A stretch of 47,156 nucleotides of DNA from Eubacteriales bacterium (GCA_045647025.1 JAZRLW010000110.1:1-47156); one strand, 5' to 3'. Shown: positions 10,134 to 20,027, counted from the stretch's first letter. Numbers and translations are program-made. Notes: generated from the letters alone by a model not told the origin.

Positions 10134-11072
10134 ATGATGCAGAAAAAATGGCTCCACTTCGCGTGGATAATCCCCGTTCTTCTTGTGGTTGCCGTATTCT
10201 TCTTTAATTGCTTTTACAGCATAGGAGAAACCGAAAAGGGCGTAGTTACGACCTTCGGTAAGGTAACGGCAATACAGGACGCGGGTCTTAACTTTAAACT
10301 CCCCGATCCCATTCAGCACGTTGAAAAGGTAGATATGACTACCAGAAAGCTCAGCCTTGGATATACCGAAACCGGCTCCGGCATCGCAATCTCAACGGGA
10401 GATGCAAAAATGATTACGGGTGACTACAACGTCGTTGCCGTAGACTTCTTTATGGAATGGAAGGTTTCTGACCCCCAGAAGTTCCTTTTCAGCTCCGAAG
10501 ACCCCATATCCATACTCTCCAATATTGCTAAGGCCGCAGCCAGAGACGTTATCGGATCCTACGACGTTGATAACGTTCTTACCGACGGTAAGGTGGCTAT
10601 CCAGTCAAGCGTAAAAGAGCTTATGGCAGAAAAGCTTGCAGAATATGATATCGGTATACAGATACTTGAAGTAAAGATCCAGGACGCAGAGCCTCCCACA
10701 CAGGAAGTTATCGCAGCATTCAAGGATGTTGAAACCGCAAAGCAGCAGATGGAAACGGCTATAAACCAGGCAACTGCTTACCAGAACACCGTCATCCCCG
10801 AAGCTAACGCAGAGGCTGACAAGATACTCAAGGATGCTGAAGCGTACAAGCAGGAAAGAATCAATGCCGCAGAGGGTGACGTTGCAAAGTTTAAGGAAAT
10901 GTACGCACAGTACGCCCTTAATCCCGACGTAACCAGAAAACGTCTTTACCTTGAAATGATAGAGGACATTCTCCCCGGAGTTGACCTTTATATAGAAACA
11001 GCTGACGGCAATACCCTTAACGTACTGCCCTTGGACAGCTTTGTAAACGATAAGGAAGGAGGAGCTCAGTAA
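10134..11072 (+). CDS. hflK: SPFH/band-7 protein, FtsH modulator HflK
   Basis: N-terminal TM helix plus SPFH domain. The ATG at 10134 follows SD AGGAGA. The stop overlaps the hflC start (TAATG). Confidence 0.85.
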   Translation: MMQKKWLHFAWIIPVLLVVAVFFFNCFYSIGETEKGVVTTFGKVTAIQDAGLNFKLPDPIQHVEKVDMTTRKLSLGYTETGSGIAISTGDAKMITGDYNVVAVDFFMEWKVSDPQKFLFSSEDPISILSNIAKAAARDVIGSYDVDNVLTDGKVAIQSSVKELMAEKLAEYDIGIQILEVKIQDAEPPTQEVIAAFKDVETAKQQMETAINQATAYQNTVIPEANAEADKILKDAEAYKQERINAAEGDVAKFKEMYAQYALNPDVTRKRLYLEMIEDILPGVDLYIETADGNTLNVLPLDSFVNDKEGGAQ

Positions 11073-11974
11073 TGACAAAGAAGACTAAGATTTCTCTTAT
11101 TATCGCAGGCATAATAGTCGCTCTTGCAGTTATTCTTATCGCCTCCACCGCATACACCGTTGGTGAAGACCAGTACGGTATCGTAAGACAGTTCGGAAAA
11201 GTAGTTTCCATAAAAGATGAAGCAGGTATTTATATCAAGATACCTTTTATGGAGGACGTTTCCTATCTCCCCAAAAATCTTTTGGTTTACGACGTAACAC
11301 CTTCCGACGTACTTACTTCAGATAAAAAAGCGTTGGTAATAGACAGTTACGTAGTATGGAATATAACCGATCCCCTCACCTTCGTTCAGTCCATAGGCAC
11401 CGTTGACGAAATGGAAAGCCGTCTTGATGCGGCCACGTTCAGCGTGGTAAAGAATACCATGGGTACTATGGAACAGACCAGTATCATTCAGTCTGGCGCC
11501 TCCGAAAACAGCCGCAACGAAGTAAACGGCCTTATTACCGAAATGGTTAACCAGCAGGTAACAAGTGAGTACGGCGTTAAGGTAATGTCCATTGAAATCA
11601 AGAAGCTTGACCTTCCCGAGGACAACGAAGCCGCAGTATATGAAAGAATGATTTCTGAAAGACAACAGATGGCCGCAAAGTACATTGCCGAGGGCGAACT
11701 TGAAGCCTCCGTTATAAGAAACGATACAGATAAGCAAGCCGCAATTATTATAAGTGAAGCCGCCGCCGAAGCCGAAAAACTCAAAGGTGAAGGAGAAGCT
11801 GAATATATGAGAATAATTGCTGAAGCTTATGCAACTCCCGACCAGGTGGAATTTTACGAGTTTTACCGATCTCTTGAAGCTATGAGAAAATCTATGGTTT
11901 CTCAGAATAACGAAAAGAGAGTTCTTATCCTTTCTCAGGATTCCTTTATTGCACAGATGTTTATGGGTGAATAA
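11072..11974 (+). CDS. hflC: SPFH/band-7 protein, FtsH modulator HflC
   Basis: N-terminal TM helix plus SPFH domain, translationally coupled to hflK. Confidence 0.85.
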   Translation: MTKKTKISLIIAGIIVALAVILIASTAYTVGEDQYGIVRQFGKVVSIKDEAGIYIKIPFMEDVSYLPKNLLVYDVTPSDVLTSDKKALVIDSYVVWNITDPLTFVQSIGTVDEMESRLDAATFSVVKNTMGTMEQTSIIQSGASENSRNEVNGLITEMVNQQVTSEYGVKVMSIEIKKLDLPEDNEAAVYERMISERQQMAAKYIAEGELEASVIRNDTDKQAAIIISEAAAEAEKLKGEGEAEYMRIIAEAYATPDQVEFYEFYRSLEAMRKSMVSQNNEKRVLILSQDSFIAQMFMGE

Positions 11975-11999
11975 CCCATGGATGAGTAAAACCTATGGA

Positions 12000-12030
12000 G
12001 TAAAGAGCCGTCTTCCTGACGGCTCTTTAC
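12000..12030 (+). terminator. Hairpin terminator after hflC
   Basis: Perfect 13-bp stem GTAAAGAGCCGTC/GACGGCTCTTTAC with a 5-nt loop. The U-tract is poor. Confidence 0.55.
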
Positions 12031-12087
12031 TGATATGTATCTGCAACACAAAAATGTGACTTTTTTATAAATCACCCTGCTAAAGTA

Positions 12088-12116
12088 TTGACAATCGGTT
12101 TTTTTTGTGCTATGAT
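12088..12116 (+). promoter_or_regulatory. Sigma-A promoter of the aromatic amino acid operon
   Basis: TTGACA (12088-12093), 17-nt spacer, TATGAT (12111-12116), with a TG extension at 12108-12109. Confidence 0.7.
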
Positions 12117-12148
12117 ACACTCATAGTAATATAGGAGACGCAAAGGCA

Positions 12149-12220
12149 ATGAAGACCAACATTTTCGCTGCATACTTTTTTTACTTTTACTTTTATTTTG
12201 CATCCGCAACCGAGAAGTAA
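12149..12220 (+). CDS. Phe/Tyr-rich leader peptide (23 aa, MKTNIFAAYFFYFYFYFASATEK)
   Basis: Own translation. SD AGGAGA (12133-12138) lies 10 nt upstream of the ATG. Ten of 23 codons are Phe or Tyr, nine of them consecutive. It sits between the promoter and a terminator upstream of aroF. Confidence 0.6.
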   Translation: MKTNIFAAYFFYFYFYFASATEK

Positions 12221-12282
12221 AAGTGATTTGTGCTGCAAATGTTCGTTAATGTGAACAATGCTCTCTTTCATATTTTGAATGA

Positions 12283-12320
12283 GTTCCGCAGTGATCAATC
12301 ACTGACGGAGCATTTTTTTT
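12283..12320 (+). terminator. Leader (attenuator) terminator upstream of aroF
   Basis: Twelve-bp stem with one bulged A (12283-12294 pairs with 12299-12311), 4-nt loop, then T8 (12313-12320). It ends 38 nt before the aroF ATG. Confidence 0.75.
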
Positions 12321-12358
12321 GTTATAAATAAACCTTAATATATTCGGAGGAAACTAAA

Positions 12359-13366
12359 ATGATTGCGGTACTTAAACATAATGCAACACCCCAGCAACAG
12401 GAAAACCTGATTAATTGGCTCAAGGGTATGAACATCGGTGTTCATGTTTCCGAAGGTGAATACCAGACCGTCCTCGGCCTGATAGGCGACACCTCCAAAA
12501 TAGACATCGACCTTTTGGAAGGTCTTGACGTTATTGAAAGAGTTACAAGAATTACCGAACCCTATAAAAAAGCAAACAGAAAATTCCACCCCGACGATTC
12601 GGTTATCGACGTTGGAGGTGTTAAAATAGGCGGCGGCAACTTTGCCATTATCGCAGGCCCCTGCTCTGTAGAAAGTGAAGAGCAAATAATCGAAGTTGCA
12701 AAAAGAGTAAAGGCCGGAGGCGCTACCCTTCTCCGTGGCGGTGCCTTCAAGCCCAGAACCTCTCCTTACGACTTCCAGGGGCTTAAAGCAGAAGGTATAG
12801 AACTTTTGCTCAAAGCAAAAAAAGAAACAGGACTCCCCATAGTAACCGAAATAATGAATGCCGCCCACCTTCCCCTCTTCGAAGAGGTGGACCTGATTCA
12901 GGTAGGCGCAAGAAATATGCAGAACTTCGAACTTCTTAAGGAACTGGGAAAAACAGACAAACCCATACTCTTAAAGAGAGGTCTTGCAAACACCATAAAA
13001 GAATGGCTTATGAGTGCCGAGTATATTATGGCGGGCGGTAACGAAAAGGTTATCCTCTGCGAAAGAGGTATAAGAACCTATGAGTCATACACCAGAAACA
13101 CTCTGGACATCTCTGCAGTACCCGCACTTCACGAGATCACCCACCTTCCCGTTATCGTTGACCCCTCTCATGCCTGCGGTATAGCACGTATGGTATCACC
13201 TATGGCCTGTGCTGCGGCAGCCTGCGGATCCGATGGTCTTATGATAGAGGTTCACAATAACCCCAAGCTGGCCCTCTGTGACGGTGCTCAGTCCCTTACT
13301 CCCGATCAGTTTGACGACGTAGCTATGAAGGTCAGACAGATACTGGACGTTGTAAAGGGAAATTAG
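12359..13366 (+). CDS. aroF: 3-deoxy-7-phosphoheptulonate (DAHP) synthase, type I-beta, with an N-terminal ferredoxin-like regulatory domain
   Basis: KDO8PS-like DAHPS core (IAGPCSVES, LLRGGAFKPRTSPY, DPSH) preceded by an extra domain of about 75 aa, as in Thermotoga-type DAHPS. Confidence 0.9.
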   Translation: MIAVLKHNATPQQQENLINWLKGMNIGVHVSEGEYQTVLGLIGDTSKIDIDLLEGLDVIERVTRITEPYKKANRKFHPDDSVIDVGGVKIGGGNFAIIAGPCSVESEEQIIEVAKRVKAGGATLLRGGAFKPRTSPYDFQGLKAEGIELLLKAKKETGLPIVTEIMNAAHLPLFEEVDLIQVGARNMQNFELLKELGKTDKPILLKRGLANTIKEWLMSAEYIMAGGNEKVILCERGIRTYESYTRNTLDISAVPALHEITHLPVIVDPSHACGIARMVSPMACAAAACGSDGLMIEVHNNPKLALCDGAQSLTPDQFDDVAMKVRQILDVVKGN

Positions 13367-13393
13367 TATTCCATTTTAAAGGAAGAATTAGTC

Positions 13394-14227
13394 ATGAATA
13401 TCGGTGTAGTAGGCCTCGGTCTTATAGGAGGCTCCCTTGCAAAAAGCGCAAAGAAAAACACAAATCATAAAGTTTTAGGCACAGACAGATCAAAGCCTGT
13501 CCTGGATTACGCTCTGTTAAGCGGTGTTATAGATGGTGAACTAAACCCCAAGGCCTTAAAGGACTGCGATGTGGTTTTTCTTTCCCTCTATCCCGAAGCT
13601 ACGATAAAATATATAGAAGACAACGCAAAGAACTTCAAAAAAGACAGTATAGTTATTGACTGCGCAGGAACGAAAAGAGCTGTCTGCGAAAAGGGCTTTG
13701 CCATTGGGGAAGAAAACGGCTTCCACTTTATAGGTGGCCATCCTATGGCAGGAACCCAATACTCCGGCATTAAATATGCAAAGGACACCATGTTCAAAAA
13801 CGCCTGCTTTGTACTTGTTCCCAAACATGAAGAGGATGTTTACGTTCTCGGCAAAGCCAGAGACGTGATAATAGAAATAGGCTTTGCAAAGATAACCGTC
13901 ATGGATGCCGAAAAGCACGACAGACTCATTGCTTTCAGCTCACAGCTTGCCCACGTGGTTTCAAACGCCTACGTAAAAAGCCCCTCGGCAAACGAGCACA
14001 AGGGAATCTCCGCAGGTAGTTACAAGGATATGACCAGAGTAGCATACCTTAACGAAAACATGTGGACGGAGCTATTTATCGATAACAGTGATAATTTGGT
14101 AAACGAGCTTGATATTCTTATAAAAGAGCTTACCAAATACCGCGATGCCATAAAGGAAAAGGATGCAGACACCCTTCGTCTCCTGCTTAAGGACGGACGA
14201 GAGGCAAAAGAAAGGATAGACTCATGA
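13394..14227 (+). CDS. tyrA: Prephenate dehydrogenase
   Basis: Rossmann motif VVGLGLIGGS and a GGHPMAG motif. The stop overlaps the aroB start (ATGA). Confidence 0.85.
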   Translation: MNIGVVGLGLIGGSLAKSAKKNTNHKVLGTDRSKPVLDYALLSGVIDGELNPKALKDCDVVFLSLYPEATIKYIEDNAKNFKKDSIVIDCAGTKRAVCEKGFAIGEENGFHFIGGHPMAGTQYSGIKYAKDTMFKNACFVLVPKHEEDVYVLGKARDVIIEIGFAKITVMDAEKHDRLIAFSSQLAHVVSNAYVKSPSANEHKGISAGSYKDMTRVAYLNENMWTELFIDNSDNLVNELDILIKELTKYRDAIKEKDADTLRLLLKDGREAKERIDS

Positions 14228-15261
14228 GAACCCTCACAGTCAAAGCCTCAACCCAATACAAAGTCAACATAGAAAACGGCCTTATTGATAGCATCGGTAA
14301 GTATACACGAGAGGTATCTTCGGCAGGTAAGGCTTTTATAGTTTCGGACACAAACGTTTTTCCCCTTTACGGAGAAAGACTTAAAAGAAGCCTTTCCCAA
14401 TACGGATTTGCGATTTCGGAATATATTCTTCCCGCAGGCGAAGCATCAAAAACCCCCGAGAATATGATAAAAATAGTCGAGGCCTGCGCTGAGGCAGGGC
14501 TTACACGAAGCGATCTCCTTGTTGCCCTGGGCGGCGGCGTGATAGGAGATATTACAGGGCTTTCAGCCTCCCTTTACCAGAGAGGAACCGACTTTATACA
14601 GATACCTACTACCCTTTTGGCCACCGTTGACTCCTCAATTGGGGGAAAGACAGCCGTTGACCTCAAGGCTGGCAAAAACCTTTTGGGTGCCTTTTATCAG
14701 CCCATAGCGGTTTTCTGCGACCCAGAAACCCTCAACACTCTTACACCCGAAGATTTCCACGACGGTTGTGCGGAGGTCATAAAGTACGCCGTACTTAAGG
14801 GCGATAGACTTTTGGAACTCGTAAAAGAGGGAATCAAAAAAAATGCCGAGGAAGTAATTGAAATATGCGTAGGCATTAAGCGCGACATTGTAGAAGCCGA
14901 CGAATTTGACAGAGGAGAAAGAAAGCTCCTTAACCTCGGGCATACCATAGGCCACGCCATAGAAAAATCCAGTAATTTTTCCATTACCCACGGAAGCGCG
15001 GTAGCCGCAGGCATGTGCATAATTGCAAGGGCGTGTCTGAAGAAAGGCATTTGCTCTCCCGATTTTCCCAACAGCTTGGAATCACTATGTAAAGCATACA
15101 ACCTGCCCACAGACAGCAATATTTCAGCTGATATTCTTTATTCAGCGGCCGGCTCTGATAAAAAAAGAGAACAGAACAGTTTAACTCTTATTCTCCCCAA
15201 GGATTTCGGCAACTGCATAATGAAGAAAATACAGCTTACCGACCTCAAAGAATACATTTAA
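14224..15261 (+). CDS. aroB: 3-dehydroquinate synthase
   Basis: GGGVIGDITG and the metal-binding region GHTIGHAIE. Confidence 0.9.
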   Translation: MRTLTVKASTQYKVNIENGLIDSIGKYTREVSSAGKAFIVSDTNVFPLYGERLKRSLSQYGFAISEYILPAGEASKTPENMIKIVEACAEAGLTRSDLLVALGGGVIGDITGLSASLYQRGTDFIQIPTTLLATVDSSIGGKTAVDLKAGKNLLGAFYQPIAVFCDPETLNTLTPEDFHDGCAEVIKYAVLKGDRLLELVKEGIKKNAEEVIEICVGIKRDIVEADEFDRGERKLLNLGHTIGHAIEKSSNFSITHGSAVAAGMCIIARACLKKGICSPDFPNSLESLCKAYNLPTDSNISADILYSAAGSDKKREQNSLTLILPKDFGNCIMKKIQLTDLKEYI

Positions 15262-15294
15262 GTATAAGAATTTTAAAGAAAGGATGCTCCAAGG

Positions 15295-16548
15295 ATGATT
15301 GCAAAGGTTTCACCTGTAAAACTTTCGGGACAGATTCAGGCCATTGCCTCAAAATCGTCGGCTCACCGCTTACTTATATGCGCGGCCCTGTCAAATGAAG
15401 AAGTAACCATCCGTTGCAACGGCCTTTCCGAAGACATTATGGCTACCTGCAGATCTCTTGAATCATTGGGAGCAAAAATCCTTCTTAGCGAAGATAAAAT
15501 CCAGATAACACCAATACAAAAAAATATCACGGAAGAGCCCGCCGTACTGGATTGCGGAGAAAGCGGTTCAACTTTAAGGTTTATGCTTCCCGTAGTTGCG
15601 GGACTTGGAAGAAAAGCAATTTTCAAGGCCTCCGGCAGGCTGCCTCAAAGGCCCCTCTCTCCCCTTTACGAAATCCTGGGACAAAAGGGTTGCACCCTCT
15701 CCGAAAAAGGAGTATTTCCCTTTACAGTAGAAGGCAAAGCCCTGGGCGGGGATTATGAAATTCCGGGGAACGTCAGCTCCCAATACATCACCGGATTACT
15801 CCTTATGCTACCCTTGGTTGGCGGTGGCTCGGTAAGGGTAACGGGAGAATTTGAATCCCGCTCCTACGTTGATATGACGGTGTCCGCTATGAGAAAAAGC
15901 GGCATAGACATTAAGGAAAACGACAATTTATATACAGTACCCAATTCCCCCTATACTCTTAAAGACTGCCACGCAGAGGGTGACTGGTCAAACGCCGCAT
16001 TCTGGCTTTCATCAGGAGCATTGGGAAATGGGATAAAAATGACAGGACTTGACCTCGACTCATTACAGGGTGACAAGGAAATCACCACTTTACTTGAACG
16101 GTTCGGTGCAAAGGTGGAAATAGGCGAAGAAATTTCCATATCACCCGCCCCCATGAAGGGAATCAAGATAGATGCAAAGAACATTCCCGACCTTGTTCCC
16201 GTCCTTTCTGTTGTGGCTTGTGCCGCTGAAGGAGAAACTGTAATCTACAACGCATCCCGCTTAAGATTAAAGGAAAGTGACCGAATAGCCACCACGATTG
16301 ACCTCATAACCTCATTGGGTGGCAAAGCAAGAGAAACCGAAGACGGTCTGGTTATAAGTGGCACGGGAGGTCTCTGCGGCGGAAAGGTCAACTCACATAA
16401 CGACCACAGAATTGTAATGGCGGCGGCAGTCGCGTCGAATATATGCAAAACGCCCGTAATTATTGAGGGCGCGGAAGCGAAAAACAAGTCTTATCCCACA
16501 TTCTTCACCCACATGAAAACCTTGGGCGGAAACATAACGGAGGATTAA
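15295..16548 (+). CDS. aroA: 3-phosphoshikimate 1-carboxyvinyltransferase (EPSP synthase)
   Basis: 417 aa with LDCGESGSTLRF and a DHRIVMAAAVA-type C-terminal motif. Confidence 0.9.
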   Translation: MIAKVSPVKLSGQIQAIASKSSAHRLLICAALSNEEVTIRCNGLSEDIMATCRSLESLGAKILLSEDKIQITPIQKNITEEPAVLDCGESGSTLRFMLPVVAGLGRKAIFKASGRLPQRPLSPLYEILGQKGCTLSEKGVFPFTVEGKALGGDYEIPGNVSSQYITGLLLMLPLVGGGSVRVTGEFESRSYVDMTVSAMRKSGIDIKENDNLYTVPNSPYTLKDCHAEGDWSNAAFWLSSGALGNGIKMTGLDLDSLQGDKEITTLLERFGAKVEIGEEISISPAPMKGIKIDAKNIPDLVPVLSVVACAAEGETVIYNASRLRLKESDRIATTIDLITSLGGKARETEDGLVISGTGGLCGGKVNSHNDHRIVMAAAVASNICKTPVIIEGAEAKNKSYPTFFTHMKTLGGNITED

Positions 16549-16549
16549 T

Positions 16550-17623
16550 ATGGCAGCAACTTTTGGAGATAAAATTAAAATTACACTTTTTGGGCAGTCT
16601 CATTCCGAGGCTATTGGTGCCGTGGTTGACGGCGTACCCGCAGGACTGAAAATAGACATGGAAGTCCTTGATAGATTTATGGCGCGCAGGGCTCCAGGCG
16701 GGGAATTTGCCACCAAAAGAAAAGAGGCAGACAAGGTACGATTTATATCCGGATTAGGGCCCGACGGACTCACCTGCGGCGCTCCTATTTGTATGATCAT
16801 AGACAATACCGATGCACGTTCCGCAGATTACGATAAGCTTAAAGCCCTTCCCAGACCTTCTCATTCCGATTACGCCGCCTTTATTAAATACGGCGGACAT
16901 AACGATATCAGAGGCGGAGGACAGTTTTCCGGTAGACTCACCGCCCCCATGTGCGCGGCAGGCTTTATCTGTAAAACCCTGCTTGAACAGAGAGGCGTAA
17001 AGATAATCTCCCATATTTACGAAGTATACGGAGTTCAGGACGAGCATCTGCCCCAGGAAATGCCCTCAAACGAGCTTTTTGAAAAGCTTAGTACAAGCCA
17101 CTTTGCGGTTATTGACGATACAAAAGCAGAACAGATGAAGAATGCTATCCAAGAAGCAGCCGCCACTGCAGATTCGGTAGGAGGAATCACAGAGGTTGGT
17201 ATATACGGACTGGAGCCCGGACTGGGAGAACCCTTCTTTGGAAGCGTGGAAAGCCTTATATCCCAGACCATGTTTGCAGTCCCCGCAGTAAAGGGCATCG
17301 AATTCGGAGCAGGATTTGATTTGGCAAAAATGAAGGGCTCTCAGGCAAATGATCCCTTTATTACCGATGAAGAAGGAAAGGTCGTTCCCAAAACAAACAA
17401 CTGCGGCGGAATTCTTGGCGGTATAACTTCGGGTATGCCCGTAATATTCAGGGCTGTATTTAAGCCCACCCCATCCATAGGAATGGAGCAGGATACTGTA
17501 AATCTCTTGACTAGAGAACCCGAAAAGCTTGCCGTAAAGGGCCGCCACGACCCCTGCATTCTCACAAGAACGCCCTCCGTATGCGAGGCTGCTGCTGCAA
17601 TAGCCATAGTAAACTTAAACTAA
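16550..17623 (+). CDS. aroC: Chorismate synthase
   Basis: GQSHSEAIGAVVDGVPAG and RPSHSDY motifs. Confidence 0.9.
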   Translation: MAATFGDKIKITLFGQSHSEAIGAVVDGVPAGLKIDMEVLDRFMARRAPGGEFATKRKEADKVRFISGLGPDGLTCGAPICMIIDNTDARSADYDKLKALPRPSHSDYAAFIKYGGHNDIRGGGQFSGRLTAPMCAAGFICKTLLEQRGVKIISHIYEVYGVQDEHLPQEMPSNELFEKLSTSHFAVIDDTKAEQMKNAIQEAAATADSVGGITEVGIYGLEPGLGEPFFGSVESLISQTMFAVPAVKGIEFGAGFDLAKMKGSQANDPFITDEEGKVVPKTNNCGGILGGITSGMPVIFRAVFKPTPSIGMEQDTVNLLTREPEKLAVKGRHDPCILTRTPSVCEAAAAIAIVNLN

Positions 17624-17645
17624 CTACAGAAAGAAGATACCTGTC

Positions 17646-18788
17646 ATGGACATGAACGATTACAGAAACGATATAGATAAAATAGACAGAGAAATCGTTG
17701 AACTCTTCAAGAAAAGAATGGATACGGCAAAAAATATTGCCGAATATAAAAAGCAGAACGCTCTCCCTATATATGACGGAGCAAGGGAAAGAGCCCTCCT
17801 GACCAAGGTGAGCGACCTTGCAGGCGAAGAGTATTCCCAGTACACCAGAGTCCTCTTCTCCACCATAATGAATTTGAGCCGGTCCTGCCAGATACAGACA
17901 ACTTCACCCCAAAGCGCTCTTTCCCAGCAGATACAGAAAGCTATCACGACCACCCCTGAGCTTTTTCCTGAAAAAGCCACCGTTGCCTGTCAGGGTGTTG
18001 AGGGGGCATACTCCCAGCTTGCCTGCGAAAAGCTTTTCGCCGTACCCAACATCATGTTCTTCAATAGCTTTGACGGTGTTTTCAAGGCCGTAAATTCAGG
18101 CCTTTGCCGTTACGGTGTACTTCCTCTTGAAAACAGTACCGCAGGCTCGGTAAATAAGGTTTATGACCTCATGTCAAAGTACAAGTTCCACATCGTAAGA
18201 AGTATCCGTTGCAGAATAACTCACGAGCTTCTTGCAAAGTCCGGAACAAATCTCTCCGACATAAAGGAAATCATTTCCCACGAGCAGGCTCTTAACCAGT
18301 GTGCTCAATTCCTTGCAGATCATAAAGACATTAAAATAACAATTTGCGAAAACACCGCCGTCGCAGCAAAGACAGTTGCAGAATCGGGAAGAACCGATAT
18401 TGCAGCTATAGCATCCAGCACCTCCGCAAGACAGTACGGATTAAAGGTTATCGCCTCCGATATTCTCGATAACGGCGGAAACGATACCAGATTTATCTGC
18501 ATTTCCAAGGAGCCCGAGGTATATCCCGGCAGTGACAGAACAAGTATCAAGCTTATTCTCCCCCACCGTCCCGGTTCTTTGTATAATGTGTTGGCAAGAT
18601 TCGCCTCCCTCGGAATTAATATAGTCAAGCTTGAAAGCCGCCCCATCCCCGGCAAGGATTTCGAGTTCATGTTCTACTTCGATATAGGGGTTTCGGTATA
18701 CTCTCCCGCCCTTGCAGAGCTTCTCTGCGAGCTCGAGCACGACGTTGACGAGTTGGTATATCTGGGCAGCTATTCGGAAATAGTATAA
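17646..18788 (+). CDS. pheA: Bifunctional chorismate mutase / prephenate dehydratase with a C-terminal ACT domain
   Basis: N-terminal AroQ-type chorismate mutase helix bundle, prephenate dehydratase core (LPLENSTAGSV) and ACT domain (GSLYNVLARFASLGINIVKLESRP). Confidence 0.9.
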   Translation: MDMNDYRNDIDKIDREIVELFKKRMDTAKNIAEYKKQNALPIYDGARERALLTKVSDLAGEEYSQYTRVLFSTIMNLSRSCQIQTTSPQSALSQQIQKAITTTPELFPEKATVACQGVEGAYSQLACEKLFAVPNIMFFNSFDGVFKAVNSGLCRYGVLPLENSTAGSVNKVYDLMSKYKFHIVRSIRCRITHELLAKSGTNLSDIKEIISHEQALNQCAQFLADHKDIKITICENTAVAAKTVAESGRTDIAAIASSTSARQYGLKVIASDILDNGGNDTRFICISKEPEVYPGSDRTSIKLILPHRPGSLYNVLARFASLGINIVKLESRPIPGKDFEFMFYFDIGVSVYSPALAELLCELEHDVDELVYLGSYSEIV

Positions 18789-18806
18789 GAAGGGACTGTC
18801 CGAAAA

Positions 18807-20027
18807 ATGAAATTTGGTCTTTTAGGCGGAAGGCTGGGACATAGCTTTTCACCGCAAATACACGCTCAGCTGGCGGACTACGAGTACAAACTCTACCCTA
18901 TGCCCGAAAACGAGGTGGAGAGGTGGGTAAGAAATTGCGACCTTAACGGCTTTAACGTAACCATCCCATATAAAGAAAAGGTCTACGCCCTATGTGACGG
19001 ACTCACCGACAGGGCAAAAAAAATAGGCTGTGTAAACACCGTAAAAAAAATGCCTGACGGCAAACTATACGGTGATAACACAGACTATTACGGCTTTAGC
19101 TATATGGTGAAAAAGCTGGGCGTAGAGATAAAAGATAAAAAGGTTCTTGTTATCGGTAGCGGAGGCACGGCAAAGACCGCAACGGCAGTTCTTACCGATA
19201 TGGGAGCCAAAGAAATAGTTATCGTTTCAAGAAAGGATAACACTCCCGAAACACTGAAAAAGCACTCCGATACGGATATATTGGTAAACGCCTCGCCCGT
19301 TGGCATGTATCCAAAGAACGGTGAATCCCCCGTTGACCTTGATTTATTCCCCGATTGCAAGGGAATAATAGACGTTATATACAACCCTTCCCTTACCGAA
19401 CTGCTTATCCAAGGTCAAAAGCGGGGTATTCCCTGCATAAACGGCCTTTCCATGCTGGTTGCCCAAGCTAAAATGGCATGTGAAATCTTCATCGATACAA
19501 ATATTGCAGAGTCGAAAATTGACCGTATCACCAAGGAAATAGAAAAGCAGACCAAGAATCTTATTCTCGTTGGTATGCCGGGCTGCGGAAAGACAACCGC
19601 AGGTAAAAATCTCGCCCTGATGACAGGGAAAGAGTTCATTGACTCGGACGAAGTGATAAAGAAAGCCGAGAACAGAAGCCCGTCAGAAATTATCAAGGCT
19701 GAAGGGGAAAAGGCATTCCGTGAAATAGAAACCCGAGTTCTTAAGGAAGTATGTAAAGGAAGCGGAAAAATAATCGCTACGGGCGGAGGCTCGGTAACAA
19801 TTCCCGAAAATCATGATATTATGCGCCAAAACGGTACGGTTATATTCCTTAAGCGCCCCATTGAAAGGCTGGACAAAAGCGACAGACCTCTTTCAATAGA
19901 TCTGCCTGCTCTTTACAAAAAACGCCTTCCCCTGTATGAGGAATTTTCGGATTCAGAAGTAGAGGGAAGAGAAAGTCCAACAGAAACTGCGGCGGCGATT
20001 TTGGCCGCTTGGGAGGAAAAGGTATGA
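18807..20027 (+). CDS. aroE/aroK: Fusion of shikimate dehydrogenase (N-terminal) and shikimate kinase (C-terminal)
   Basis: AroE motifs (GHSFSPQIH, NVTIPYK, GSGGTAK) followed by a P-loop kinase (GMPGCGKTT). Confidence 0.85.
   Translation: MKFGLLGGRLGHSFSPQIHAQLADYEYKLYPMPENEVERWVRNCDLNGFNVTIPYKEKVYALCDGLTDRAKKIGCVNTVKKMPDGKLYGDNTDYYGFSYMVKKLGVEIKDKKVLVIGSGGTAKTATAVLTDMGAKEIVIVSRKDNTPETLKKHSDTDILVNASPVGMYPKNGESPVDLDLFPDCKGIIDVIYNPSLTELLIQGQKRGIPCINGLSMLVAQAKMACEIFIDTNIAESKIDRITKEIEKQTKNLILVGMPGCGKTTAGKNLALMTGKEFIDSDEVIKKAENRSPSEIIKAEGEKAFREIETRVLKEVCKGSGKIIATGGGSVTIPENHDIMRQNGTVIFLKRPIERLDKSDRPLSIDLPALYKKRLPLYEEFSDSEVEGRESPTETAAAILAAWEEKV

Noticed and set aside
12120-12358. Possible T-box riboswitch or TRAP-binding triplet array in the aro leader, and the 62-aa minus-strand ORF at 12110-12298.
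   Set aside because: The leader has no T-box conserved sequence (no GGTGGTACCGCG-like element) and no specifier-loop architecture. It has only about three GAG/TAG triplets rather than about eleven regularly spaced ones. The antisense ORF has no SD and overlaps the promoter, leader and terminator.
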